From assembly GCA_965215275.1 (NCBI GenBank), contig OZ244044.1, positions 1,536,001-1,600,000 on the forward strand: a stretch of DNA of 64,000 nucleotides, given 5' to 3'. The notes under the pieces are model-generated. The model was not told where the DNA came from. It did not search any database and worked only from the letters and a program-made list of their open reading frames with translations. Each line of letters opens with the position of its first letter. Position 1 is the stretch's first letter. Position numbers and translations under genes: made by a program. Below are positions 21,194-29,440 of the stretch, in pieces. This DNA is from Thermodesulfobacteriota bacterium (GTDB lineage Bacteria > Desulfobacterota_D > UBA1144 > Nemesobacterales > JAJCZQ01).

Positions 21194-22446
21194 TGCACGC
21201 TTTAGTTATAGTCTCCGGTACTGGTTTAAATGGAGAGTCGCTCCACTCGTTTTCTTTTCTTTCAGTTGCCAATGTCGTCCAGCTGAAAAGGATACTGATC
21301 AATGCTGAAAGGGCTGGTATTACTCATTTCACCCTTGTCTGCGACGAGAGCAGTAAATTCCCAGTACTTGAACTGATCAAAGATAAAAGGATCCAGTCAC
21401 GGATCGATCTGGTAACGGAAAGTTCAAAACCAGGTCCGTACGTTGCAGAAGAATATATCGTTATTCAATCCAATCTTTTAACTTACTCCACCTCTATAAG
21501 ATCATTTATTGATATATCCAAAGGTAAAACTGCCTCCACCGTGCTTTGCGATGGTAAGGAACGTTACGGTTTGTTAAAAGTAAATAAAGCGGACGCGGAA
21601 AAGATCGTTAACGGAAGGGACCTTAGTTACTGGATCGAGCAGCAAAGTGAGAGTTCCATTGAGCACGTCACCGTGGAAGAAGGTTACTATATCAGCCTGA
21701 GCAACGACGAAAGATCACTTAAACGGGCAGAGGACCTGATATTTTCCAACGTAGGTAAAACTGCAACCGGCTGGATAGCAAGGAACGTAAACGGCAGGAT
21801 ATCACTGCCTATCAGTCGTCAGCTGGTTAAAACTTCCTTGACGCCTAATATGGTAAGCCTGTTAATAAACGTGTTCGGTGTACTGTGCGGACCTTTTTAC
21901 GCGATGGGTCATCCCGTTCTTGGAGCGATGTTTATGCAGATCGCCACGATCCTGGACCGATGCGATGGGGAGGTTGCCAGAGTTAAGCTCATGGAAACTA
22001 AAAAGGGACAGTGGGTGGACACGATCAGCGATCAGTTCACGGTGCTTTCTTTTTATATAGGACTTCCGATCGGTTTCTATTATTACGGAGTTCAGGATAC
22101 CTGGGTTCTTGCGATCGGAGCAATGAACATATTACTGTATATATTTTTCCTTATATGGTCTTTTTACTTTCTTGCGAACTATACGAACTCGGGAAGTCTG
22201 GTCGCCTATTTTGAAGTCGATAAAATAGTGGATAAAAAAAATACTTCCATTATAAGAAAGTTTGCAGCTTTTTTAAGACCGGCAGGCAGGAGGAACGTTT
22301 ATTCTCTGGGCTTTTTTATTATGGCGGTCATATCAGGCTACGAACTGGTCTTTCTTTTTGCCACCATAGGCATAATCTTATTTTTTATTCATCAGTTCGA
22401 GGATATGATAAGAATGAAAAATCAAAGAAAAGAAACCCTCAAATAG
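21193..22446 (+). CDS. CDP-alcohol phosphatidyltransferase family protein with N-terminal degenerate NTP-transferase-like domain
   Basis: TPNMVS, DRCDGEVAR-x8-GQWVDTISD signature, several TM helices. Confidence 0.85.
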   Translation: MHALVIVSGTGLNGESLHSFSFLSVANVVQLKRILINAERAGITHFTLVCDESSKFPVLELIKDKRIQSRIDLVTESSKPGPYVAEEYIVIQSNLLTYSTSIRSFIDISKGKTASTVLCDGKERYGLLKVNKADAEKIVNGRDLSYWIEQQSESSIEHVTVEEGYYISLSNDERSLKRAEDLIFSNVGKTATGWIARNVNGRISLPISRQLVKTSLTPNMVSLLINVFGVLCGPFYAMGHPVLGAMFMQIATILDRCDGEVARVKLMETKKGQWVDTISDQFTVLSFYIGLPIGFYYYGVQDTWVLAIGAMNILLYIFFLIWSFYFLANYTNSGSLVAYFEVDKIVDKKNTSIIRKFAAFLRPAGRRNVYSLGFFIMAVISGYELVFLFATIGIILFFIHQFEDMIRMKNQRKETLK

Positions 22447-22499
22447 TTTCAGGATAATACTTTCACTGAACCGAATTACCCGGTAAGAAAGCTATAAAG

Positions 22500-24059
22500 A
22501 TGTCAATTGAGACTTATGAACTTGAGATATTCAACAATGCTCTTGCTACTATAGCAGAGGAGATGGGGTCAGCTTTGATCAGTTCCGCGTTCTCTCCGAA
22601 TATAAAAGAGCGAAAGGATATTTCATGTGCGATATTCAGTGCAGCAGGAGATATGATCGCACAGGCCGCTCACATTCCGGTACATCTTGGTTCAATGTCC
22701 TTTTCGGTTCAGGCGATCCTGGATGAAGATATATGTGAGGGGGATATTTTTATTCTGAACGATCCTTTTGATGGAGGGACCCATCTTCCGGACATTACCT
22801 GTATAACTCCCCTGATATACGAAGGAAGACCTGAATTTTTTCTGGTATCCAGGGCTCATCACGCTGATATTGGTGGTAATACGCCAGGATCAATGCCTCT
22901 TTCCAGTTCAATACACGAGGAGGGGTTGATCATTTCTTCATCCAGGCTCTACCATCGTGGAGTGCAGAATAAGAAGCTCATGCAGAAAATACTTCTTGCC
23001 ACCAGAGACCCTGAGGAACGGGAGGGGGACCTGAACGCTCAGATCGCGTGTCTTGACCTTGGAAGGTCCAGGCTGTTTGAACTTATAGGTAAGTATGGCA
23101 GTATCGGTACAATAAAAGAAGCATCGTCCAAGCTTCTGACTTACAGTGAAGATATCATAAAGGCTGTTATCCGTGATATACCGGACGGGACCTACACGTT
23201 TGAAGATTCCCTTGATGACGACGGTCAAGGCAGCAGGGATATTGAGATAAGGGTCGAAGTCAGGATCGAAGGAGAGGACGCCATTGTTGATTTTCATGGC
23301 AGTTCTCAGAAGGTAAAAGGGTGCCTGAACGTACCTTACAGCGTTACTGTATCAGCGGTCCTTTACGTGTTTCAGTGTCTGGCACCTGAACATATACCGC
23401 TTAACTCGGGTCCTCTTAGGGCCATAAAGATCAATGTTGATGAAAACTCGATCTTAAACGCAAAGTATCCCAGTGCAGTCGTTGGTGGTAACGTGGAAAC
23501 GTCACAGAGGATAGTGGACGTTGTTTTTGGGGCCTTGTCAAAGGCTATGCCCGAGATGATCCCTGCGGCGAGTTGCGGAACTATGAACAATGTTACATTT
23601 GGAGGGATAATTCCTGAAAGCAATATGGAATTTGCATATTATGAAACGATCGCGGGCGGTATGGGCGGAAGAAAAGGAATAAACGGAGTTAGTGCGGTTC
23701 AAACCCATATGACAAATACACTGAACACACCTGTTGAATCGCTTGAGAAGGACCTGCCTTTACTTATAAATTCTTACTCGATACGTGAAGGTTCTGGTGG
23801 TGAGGGGAAGTACAGGGGAGGAGACGGCATCGTGAGGGAGATCAAATTCCTTACTGACGTGAGCATGTCCCTGATAACAGAGAGAAGGCTGAGCTTCCCT
23901 TATGGAATAAATGGAGGTCAGGGGGGTAAGCCCGGGAGAAATATATTAGTTGTTAACAGCAGAAGGACTGAACTTCCTCCCAAAACAGCTTTCAATGTTA
24001 AAAAAGGGGAGACCGTTCGTATAGAAACTCCTGGCGGTGGCGGCTGGGGATCTAAATAA
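22500..24059 (+). CDS. Hydantoinase B / 5-oxoprolinase subunit
   Basis: SPNIKER, HIPVHLGSM, NDPFDGGTHLPD, GTMNN, TPGGGGWG. Confidence 0.92.
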   Translation: MSIETYELEIFNNALATIAEEMGSALISSAFSPNIKERKDISCAIFSAAGDMIAQAAHIPVHLGSMSFSVQAILDEDICEGDIFILNDPFDGGTHLPDITCITPLIYEGRPEFFLVSRAHHADIGGNTPGSMPLSSSIHEEGLIISSSRLYHRGVQNKKLMQKILLATRDPEEREGDLNAQIACLDLGRSRLFELIGKYGSIGTIKEASSKLLTYSEDIIKAVIRDIPDGTYTFEDSLDDDGQGSRDIEIRVEVRIEGEDAIVDFHGSSQKVKGCLNVPYSVTVSAVLYVFQCLAPEHIPLNSGPLRAIKINVDENSILNAKYPSAVVGGNVETSQRIVDVVFGALSKAMPEMIPAASCGTMNNVTFGGIIPESNMEFAYYETIAGGMGGRKGINGVSAVQTHMTNTLNTPVESLEKDLPLLINSYSIREGSGGEGKYRGGDGIVREIKFLTDVSMSLITERRLSFPYGINGGQGGKPGRNILVVNSRRTELPPKTAFNVKKGETVRIETPGGGGWGSK

Positions 24060-24090
24060 AAAACGGCTTTTTACAGGCAGCGAATTTTTA

Positions 24091-25047
24091 ATGAAAAAAT
24101 TTTTTATAGTTGATGCTCACGAGGACATAGCATTTCATCTAAGCTATTTCAATCGGGATTTTAACGACACAGAGGCACGTTGCATGATAACGCTTCCCTG
24201 GCTCCAGGAGGCTGAAGTACGGCTGGTATTCAACACCATATTTGTTCATCCGAAGCACAGACCTCGTAAAACGGTGCAGAAGGCAAAGCAGCAGGTCGAA
24301 ATTTATGAACGGCTCTACGAAAAATACAAAGACGCAGTTATGAAGATCAGCAGCTTAGGTGATCTGGAGGAGCTTGAAAAAAACGACAAGATAGGATTTC
24401 TAACCCTTATGGAGGGTGCCGATCCACTTGTTCAGGATATTGATGAACTGAAATTCTATCATGACATGGGGCTTAGGGTATTAGGGCTTTCATGGAACAA
24501 CTCCAACAGATTTGCATCGGGTATGGAAACCAAAAAAGGACTTACAGAAGATGGCGTGAGACTGATCGAGAAGATGAACGAGTTGGGTATTACCCTGGAC
24601 CTGTCTCATCTTAATGAAAAATCGTTCTGGCGTGCTGTAGATTCGACCCGGTTAATTCCCGTAGCCACGCATTCCAATGCAAGGTCATTAACCGATCATC
24701 CGAGAAATCTCAGGGACGAGCAATTAAAGGCGATTTCCGAAAGAGATGGAGTTGTGGGAATAGTTTTTTATAACTCATTTCTTAAAACTAAAAATTCACC
24801 GCCGACTTTAGAGGATATATTTAAACATACTGACTACATTATAGATCTTTGTGGTGAGGATCATGTAGGAATCGGTACAGATTTTGACGGTGGACGTATT
24901 TGCGAGTTTCCCAGGGAAATAAATAACATATCTAAACTTTCGTTAGTGACAGACTATTTTTTAGAGCGTGGTTATAGCAGGGAAAGAGTAGAAAAGATTA
25001 TGGGTAGAAACTTTCTAAGAGTAATGAAAATAAATCTTTCAAAGTGA
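24091..25047 (+). CDS. Membrane dipeptidase (peptidase M19)
   Basis: DAHED, MEGA, DLSH, THSNAR, HVGIGTDFDG. Confidence 0.9.
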   Translation: MKKFFIVDAHEDIAFHLSYFNRDFNDTEARCMITLPWLQEAEVRLVFNTIFVHPKHRPRKTVQKAKQQVEIYERLYEKYKDAVMKISSLGDLEELEKNDKIGFLTLMEGADPLVQDIDELKFYHDMGLRVLGLSWNNSNRFASGMETKKGLTEDGVRLIEKMNELGITLDLSHLNEKSFWRAVDSTRLIPVATHSNARSLTDHPRNLRDEQLKAISERDGVVGIVFYNSFLKTKNSPPTLEDIFKHTDYIIDLCGEDHVGIGTDFDGGRICEFPREINNISKLSLVTDYFLERGYSRERVEKIMGRNFLRVMKINLSK

Positions 25048-25097
25048 AATACAGTTTACCTTACATTATCATAAACATGCATAGATATTGTTCATAC

Positions 25098-25127
25098 TTG
25101 ACATTCGTTCATAATACTTGGTAAAAT
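25098..25127 (+). promoter_or_regulatory. Sigma70 promoter of paralog 2
   Basis: TTGACA-18bp-TAAAAT with extended -10 TG; conserved at 43656-43685. Confidence 0.7.
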
Positions 25128-25173
25128 ATCAATGTTATGAAAAATCCAAACATAAAAACACGTAGTTCCATTA

Positions 25174-25182
25174 CCCCCCCCC
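25174..25182 (+). repeat. Poly-C tract 1 (C9) in leader of paralog 2
   Basis: Counted directly; the frame from ATG 25137 stops at TAA 25221-25223. Confidence 0.85.
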
Positions 25183-25243
25183 ATGTATACCTGACCTTTC
25201 AGCCTGGTATAAGTATTCTGTAAGAAAAATGTTTAAGATAATA

Positions 25244-25252
25244 CCCCCCCCC
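25244..25252 (+). repeat. Poly-C tract 2 (C9) in signal-peptide region of paralog 2
   Basis: ATG 25229 is one base out of frame with the main ORF; C8 or C11 restores MFKIIPPPSKSLLTLVLFLLFIISMAAKG. Confidence 0.85.
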
Positions 25253-25301
25253 ATCTAAGTCATTACTAACTTTAGTCTTATTTCTTCTGTTTATAATTTC
25301 T

Positions 25302-28300
25302 ATGGCTGCAAAAGGACAGAGCAGCTTAGAAGAAACATTATCTGAATGCAGAGGAATGAGTTCAGACACGGAAGATCCGTTATACGGATGTCAGTGGCAT
25401 CTGAAGAACACGGGGCAGTTAAGTATTTCCGGAAAGAGAATAACAGCAGGAGAAGATATAAACATAGAGGGAGTGTGGAACGAAGACGTATACGGTACCG
25501 GAATTAACGTAGCAATAGTAAGTGACGGTATCGACCTTTCTCACGAGGACCTTTCTGATAAGGTCCGTTCCGGACCGAACTATGATCTTTCTGACAGTTC
25601 ATCCTTTACCGGAACACGAGCGGCAGGTGTAATAGCAGCAACTGGATATAACGGACTGGGAGTAAGAGGAACAGCACCTGGTGCGAGTATATACAGTTAC
25701 GGGTTAACTGGTGATCTCAGGGAAGCGGACGCAAAAGATGCAATGGTCCGTAATAAGGAAATAACTGCTGTATCGGTTAACGGCCGGGGATCTGAGGAGG
25801 GAGCTTTTTTTCAGGAGGCTTCAACTTCCTGGGAAGAAGGAGTGGAACTTGGTATAAGTAAAGGGTTTTATGGTAAAGGTGTGTTTTACGTCCGGGGAGC
25901 AGGGGACGGGCATGAGAATAACGATCAGGCTAATTTTTCTGAATATTCTAATTACTACGGCGTAACTGCCGTGTGTTCAACAGACGGCTTTGGAAAGAAG
26001 AGTATATTTTCAGAAGAGGGAGTAAATCTATGGGTATGTGCACCTGGTTCTGATATTGTAACTACAGATAACAACAACGATTACGTTGTAACTTCCGGAA
26101 CATTTCTATCAGCTTCACAGGTTGCAGGAGTGGCAGCACTGCTGAGAGAGATAAACGGGCAGCTGAGCTGGAGGGATGTAAAGCTTATACTTGCGGGTTC
26201 AGCACGGCAGAACGATTTTTTTGACATGAGCTGGGAGACAGGAGCTGTTAAATACGGTTCTGATACGGAAAGATATAAATATAATCCTAAGTATGGTTTT
26301 GGCGTGGTAGACGCAGAAGCAGCCGCAGAACTTGCCAGAAGCTGGAAAGGCGTAGGTGAAATGAGGACCGTTACAGCTTCTTCAGATAATGAACTGACAA
26401 TCCCTGATGGAGAAGGAGAAGCAGACGGTGTCCTTGTCTCCAGACTTATGATACCGGACCTGGAAGAAACAACATTTACGGAGTTTGTAGAAGTAGAACT
26501 TGTTTTCTCGTGTGACTGCTTACAGGACCTTAATATACAGATAACCTCTCCTTCCGGGACAGTGTCTGAACTTGTGCGGGAGTTTGCCGGGGAGTCTGTA
26601 AGTGGATCTTCAAATGAAGAAGAAAACTGCGTCAGTTACCTGAGAAGAACACATCGTTTCGGGTCGGCTAAACACCTCGGAGAAGACCCTTCCGGAGAAT
26701 GGATCCTTAAGATCTCCGATACTGCTTCCGGAGATGAAGAAGATGGAAAAAACACTGTTACCTTACACTCATGGAGCGTTAAGGTGTATGGGAATTTTTA
26801 TCAGGGACATGGCAGTGAGACAGGTACTAAACATCATGAAATAACCTTTGGTGGTGCAACGATAGATAATCAAGTATATAAAGTAGGTAAAACAATAACA
26901 CCATTAGAGCTACCTAACGCAACAAGAACAGGAGGGGGTACTTTCAGTCTTGCATTGTCTCCTCGTTTATTACCTGCTGGATTGAGTCGTAACGGCAGAA
27001 CTATAAGTGGAACACCAACTGCACCGAAGCAAGAGACTACTTATAGATGGATTGCTTCTATAGGACATGATAATACTGAGATAAGGTTCAACATCACGGT
27101 AGAAGCTAACACAGAACCCACCTTCTCAGGAGCAACTGTCCCAGATCAGATATGGACGGAAGGGGTAAGGATACCAACGTTACGTCTTCCTAATGCAACA
27201 GGAGGTAACGGAACTTTAACATACTTTTTAAGTCCTTCGCAGCCAGTTGGTATAAACAGACAGGACAACAGGTTATCCGGAACACCTACGGAACCTAAAG
27301 GAAGAACTCGTCATACATGGACAGTCAGAGACGAAGATGGTGATGAAGATATTATTGAGTTCTATATTACTGTAAGAGATAAAGATGACGTACCGAGCTT
27401 CGGCAGTGAGACTGTAGAAGATCAGGTGTATGTTGTACGCTCAATAGCAGGTCTTCCAGTAACTCTGCCAGAGGCAACGGGAGGGAATGGAGCATTAACT
27501 TACATTTTACTTCCTTTTTTACCTCGTGGATTGAATTTTGATCCTGACACCCGAGTAATAAGTGGCACACCCACCCGTGCATCCCCTATTAGGAATATGA
27601 TACATACAGTATCAGACATAGATGGAAGTAGTGCTCAATTAGAGTTCAGGATAACAGTAGAACCAAACACGGAACCAACCTTCGGCAATGAAACTATAGA
27701 TAATAAGGTGTACATTAACGGCATTACAGCAGTAATGGAAACACTGCCTGAAGCAACGTCAGGGAATGCACCATTAACTTACAGTTTAACTAGTCTTGGG
27801 TTAATTGATCTTAATTTACCTCGTGGATTGAATTTTGATCCTGACACCCGAGTGTTAAGTGGAACACCCAACCTTGACGCACACGCACGAATACTTCCTG
27901 TAACTCGTACATATACATATAAAGTAACAGACAATGATGGAGATACAGCAGAGATAACGTTCAGTATAACAGTAGAAGAAGACAGCGAACCGGACTTCAG
28001 CGGTGTGACAATACCAGATCGTGTGTACACGGGGAGAACAATAGAGCTGCCAGAGGCAGCGGGAGGGAATGCACCGGTTACTTACAGTATAACACCTGGT
28101 CTGCCAGCTGGATTGATATTTAACGAAGTAACGCGGGAAATAAGTGGGACACCCAGGAGTGCATCATCTGCTGCTTCTTACACGTATACGGCAACAGACA
28201 GGAATGAAGATACGGATACATTGGATTTCATGCTCAGTGTAGAGGTTACTTCTACTCCAGGACCAACAACAGGAAGACCAGGAACGTCAGGTACTGATTC

Positions 28301-28439
28301 AGGCGGAGGTGGAGGAGGATGTGCCGTATCAGAGCAGAGCAGCGTTGCTTTTGATATTCTCGGAGTAATGACATGTCTGATACTTATACCTGTATCAGTA
28401 GCTATCAGAAGGAAGAGAAGAGCTCAGATAAAGACATAG
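25302..28439 (+). CDS. Surface protein paralog 2: inactive kexin-like S8 domain, P-domain, 5 Ig-like repeats, Gly6-Cys/TM tail; real start upstream across poly-C frameshift
   Basis: DPLYGCQWHL, LSWRDV, YGFGVVDA, P-domain GEDPSGEWILKISD; triad positions read VAIVSDG, FTGTRAAG, SGTFLSA. Confidence 0.85.
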   Translation: MAAKGQSSLEETLSECRGMSSDTEDPLYGCQWHLKNTGQLSISGKRITAGEDINIEGVWNEDVYGTGINVAIVSDGIDLSHEDLSDKVRSGPNYDLSDSSSFTGTRAAGVIAATGYNGLGVRGTAPGASIYSYGLTGDLREADAKDAMVRNKEITAVSVNGRGSEEGAFFQEASTSWEEGVELGISKGFYGKGVFYVRGAGDGHENNDQANFSEYSNYYGVTAVCSTDGFGKKSIFSEEGVNLWVCAPGSDIVTTDNNNDYVVTSGTFLSASQVAGVAALLREINGQLSWRDVKLILAGSARQNDFFDMSWETGAVKYGSDTERYKYNPKYGFGVVDAEAAAELARSWKGVGEMRTVTASSDNELTIPDGEGEADGVLVSRLMIPDLEETTFTEFVEVELVFSCDCLQDLNIQITSPSGTVSELVREFAGESVSGSSNEEENCVSYLRRTHRFGSAKHLGEDPSGEWILKISDTASGDEEDGKNTVTLHSWSVKVYGNFYQGHGSETGTKHHEITFGGATIDNQVYKVGKTITPLELPNATRTGGGTFSLALSPRLLPAGLSRNGRTISGTPTAPKQETTYRWIASIGHDNTEIRFNITVEANTEPTFSGATVPDQIWTEGVRIPTLRLPNATGGNGTLTYFLSPSQPVGINRQDNRLSGTPTEPKGRTRHTWTVRDEDGDEDIIEFYITVRDKDDVPSFGSETVEDQVYVVRSIAGLPVTLPEATGGNGALTYILLPFLPRGLNFDPDTRVISGTPTRASPIRNMIHTVSDIDGSSAQLEFRITVEPNTEPTFGNETIDNKVYINGITAVMETLPEATSGNAPLTYSLTSLGLIDLNLPRGLNFDPDTRVLSGTPNLDAHARILPVTRTYTYKVTDNDGDTAEITFSITVEEDSEPDFSGVTIPDRVYTGRTIELPEAAGGNAPVTYSITPGLPAGLIFNEVTREISGTPRSASSAASYTYTATDRNEDTDTLDFMLSVEVTSTPGPTTGRPGTSGTDSGGGGGGCAVSEQSSVAFDILGVMTCLILIPVSVAIRRKRRAQIKT

Positions 28440-28579
28440 TAATGAGGTTCTTTCCAGAAGCATTGAACTAACTGAAATTGTTTCCGTCAGATACAATTTA
28501 GCATAATTACCTATATGATTTTCTAAATTAGTAGTGGTTCTTGACGAAGAGATGGACCTTGATCCATCGGTTCAACAGA

Positions 28580-28915
28580 TTATTCTGCAATTTCAACTAC
28601 TGCGTTCATTGATCCGGTACTTCTTTTCAACCTCCAGTCGGGTCCGTAACGTAGGATCTGATCTCTTTTGAATTCCGCCTCTTCTTTATTTGCATTATAG
28701 ACTATAACTTTACCTGTGAAGTCAACTTCGCAGGCCATTTCGTAGGCAGTTGTTTTACTAATATCAAAAATTTTTTGCAGCATCTCAATAACGTATTCAT
28801 AGGTATGATTATCGTCATCTATGAGAATTACGTTATAAAGAGAGAATTTTTCGACTTTTACTTCTGGAATTTCGTATAGGTCAACTGCTCTTTGCTCTTT
28901 GCAATCAAAGTACAT
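28580..28915 (-). CDS. clpS: ATP-dependent Clp protease adaptor ClpS
   Basis: YNVILIDDDNHTYEYVIEML, EVDFTGKVIV. Confidence 0.88.
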   Translation of the reverse strand: MYFDCKEQRAVDLYEIPEVKVEKFSLYNVILIDDDNHTYEYVIEMLQKIFDISKTTAYEMACEVDFTGKVIVYNANKEEAEFKRDQILRYGPDWRLKRSTGSMNAVVEIAE

Positions 28916-28923
28916 TCTGAGAA

Positions 28924-29358
28924 CTATACTCTATATTTACCCGGTCCGGTAAAGAATAGTCCGATGTAAACTGCAAGTAGTTCCAATGCATGGGAAGCAC
29001 CTTTCCAGCCTGAAGCAGGGCTTTCTGGTGGCAGGTTTAAATGAAACAGGACAGCGATAAACATAGTGAATGCAAGAAGTACTAAAGCAGGTCTGAACAA
29101 GAACCCGATTATAATTAAGAAGGAGCAGAAAAATTCTGCAAAACCTGCCATAAATCCCCAGAACGCGGGAAGAAATTCTATACCGAGCAGGCTCATCTTT
29201 TGCCCCGTTCTTGCCCAGCCTTCAGTGTCTTCAATACCGCTTCTGATCTTTGAGTAACCATGAAAGATCATCATGCTGAGCCCTACCATTATTCTGATGA
29301 TCAGCAAACCGGCATCTTTGTTTAATGGGCTACGAGAAGTCAGGAAATTTATTATCAT
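28924..29358 (-). CDS. DoxX family membrane protein
   Basis: LLIIR..HGYSK, AEFF..LIIIGFLFR, TGPGKY. Confidence 0.88.
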   Translation of the reverse strand: MIINFLTSRSPLNKDAGLLIIRIMVGLSMMIFHGYSKIRSGIEDTEGWARTGQKMSLLGIEFLPAFWGFMAGFAEFFCSFLIIIGFLFRPALVLLAFTMFIAVLFHLNLPPESPASGWKGASHALELLAVYIGLFFTGPGKYRV

Positions 29359-29440
29359 TTTAGTTTTATCTCAAAAAATAAGCATCAGTTACATAATACT
29401 TAACTGACTATAATAAAGTATGTCAAATGTATCGTTTAAT

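Noticed and set aside
29385..29407. TCAGTTA-N9-TAACTGA palindrome upstream of doxX
   Set aside because: Single short AT-rich palindrome; operator or terminator role cannot be supported from sequence alone
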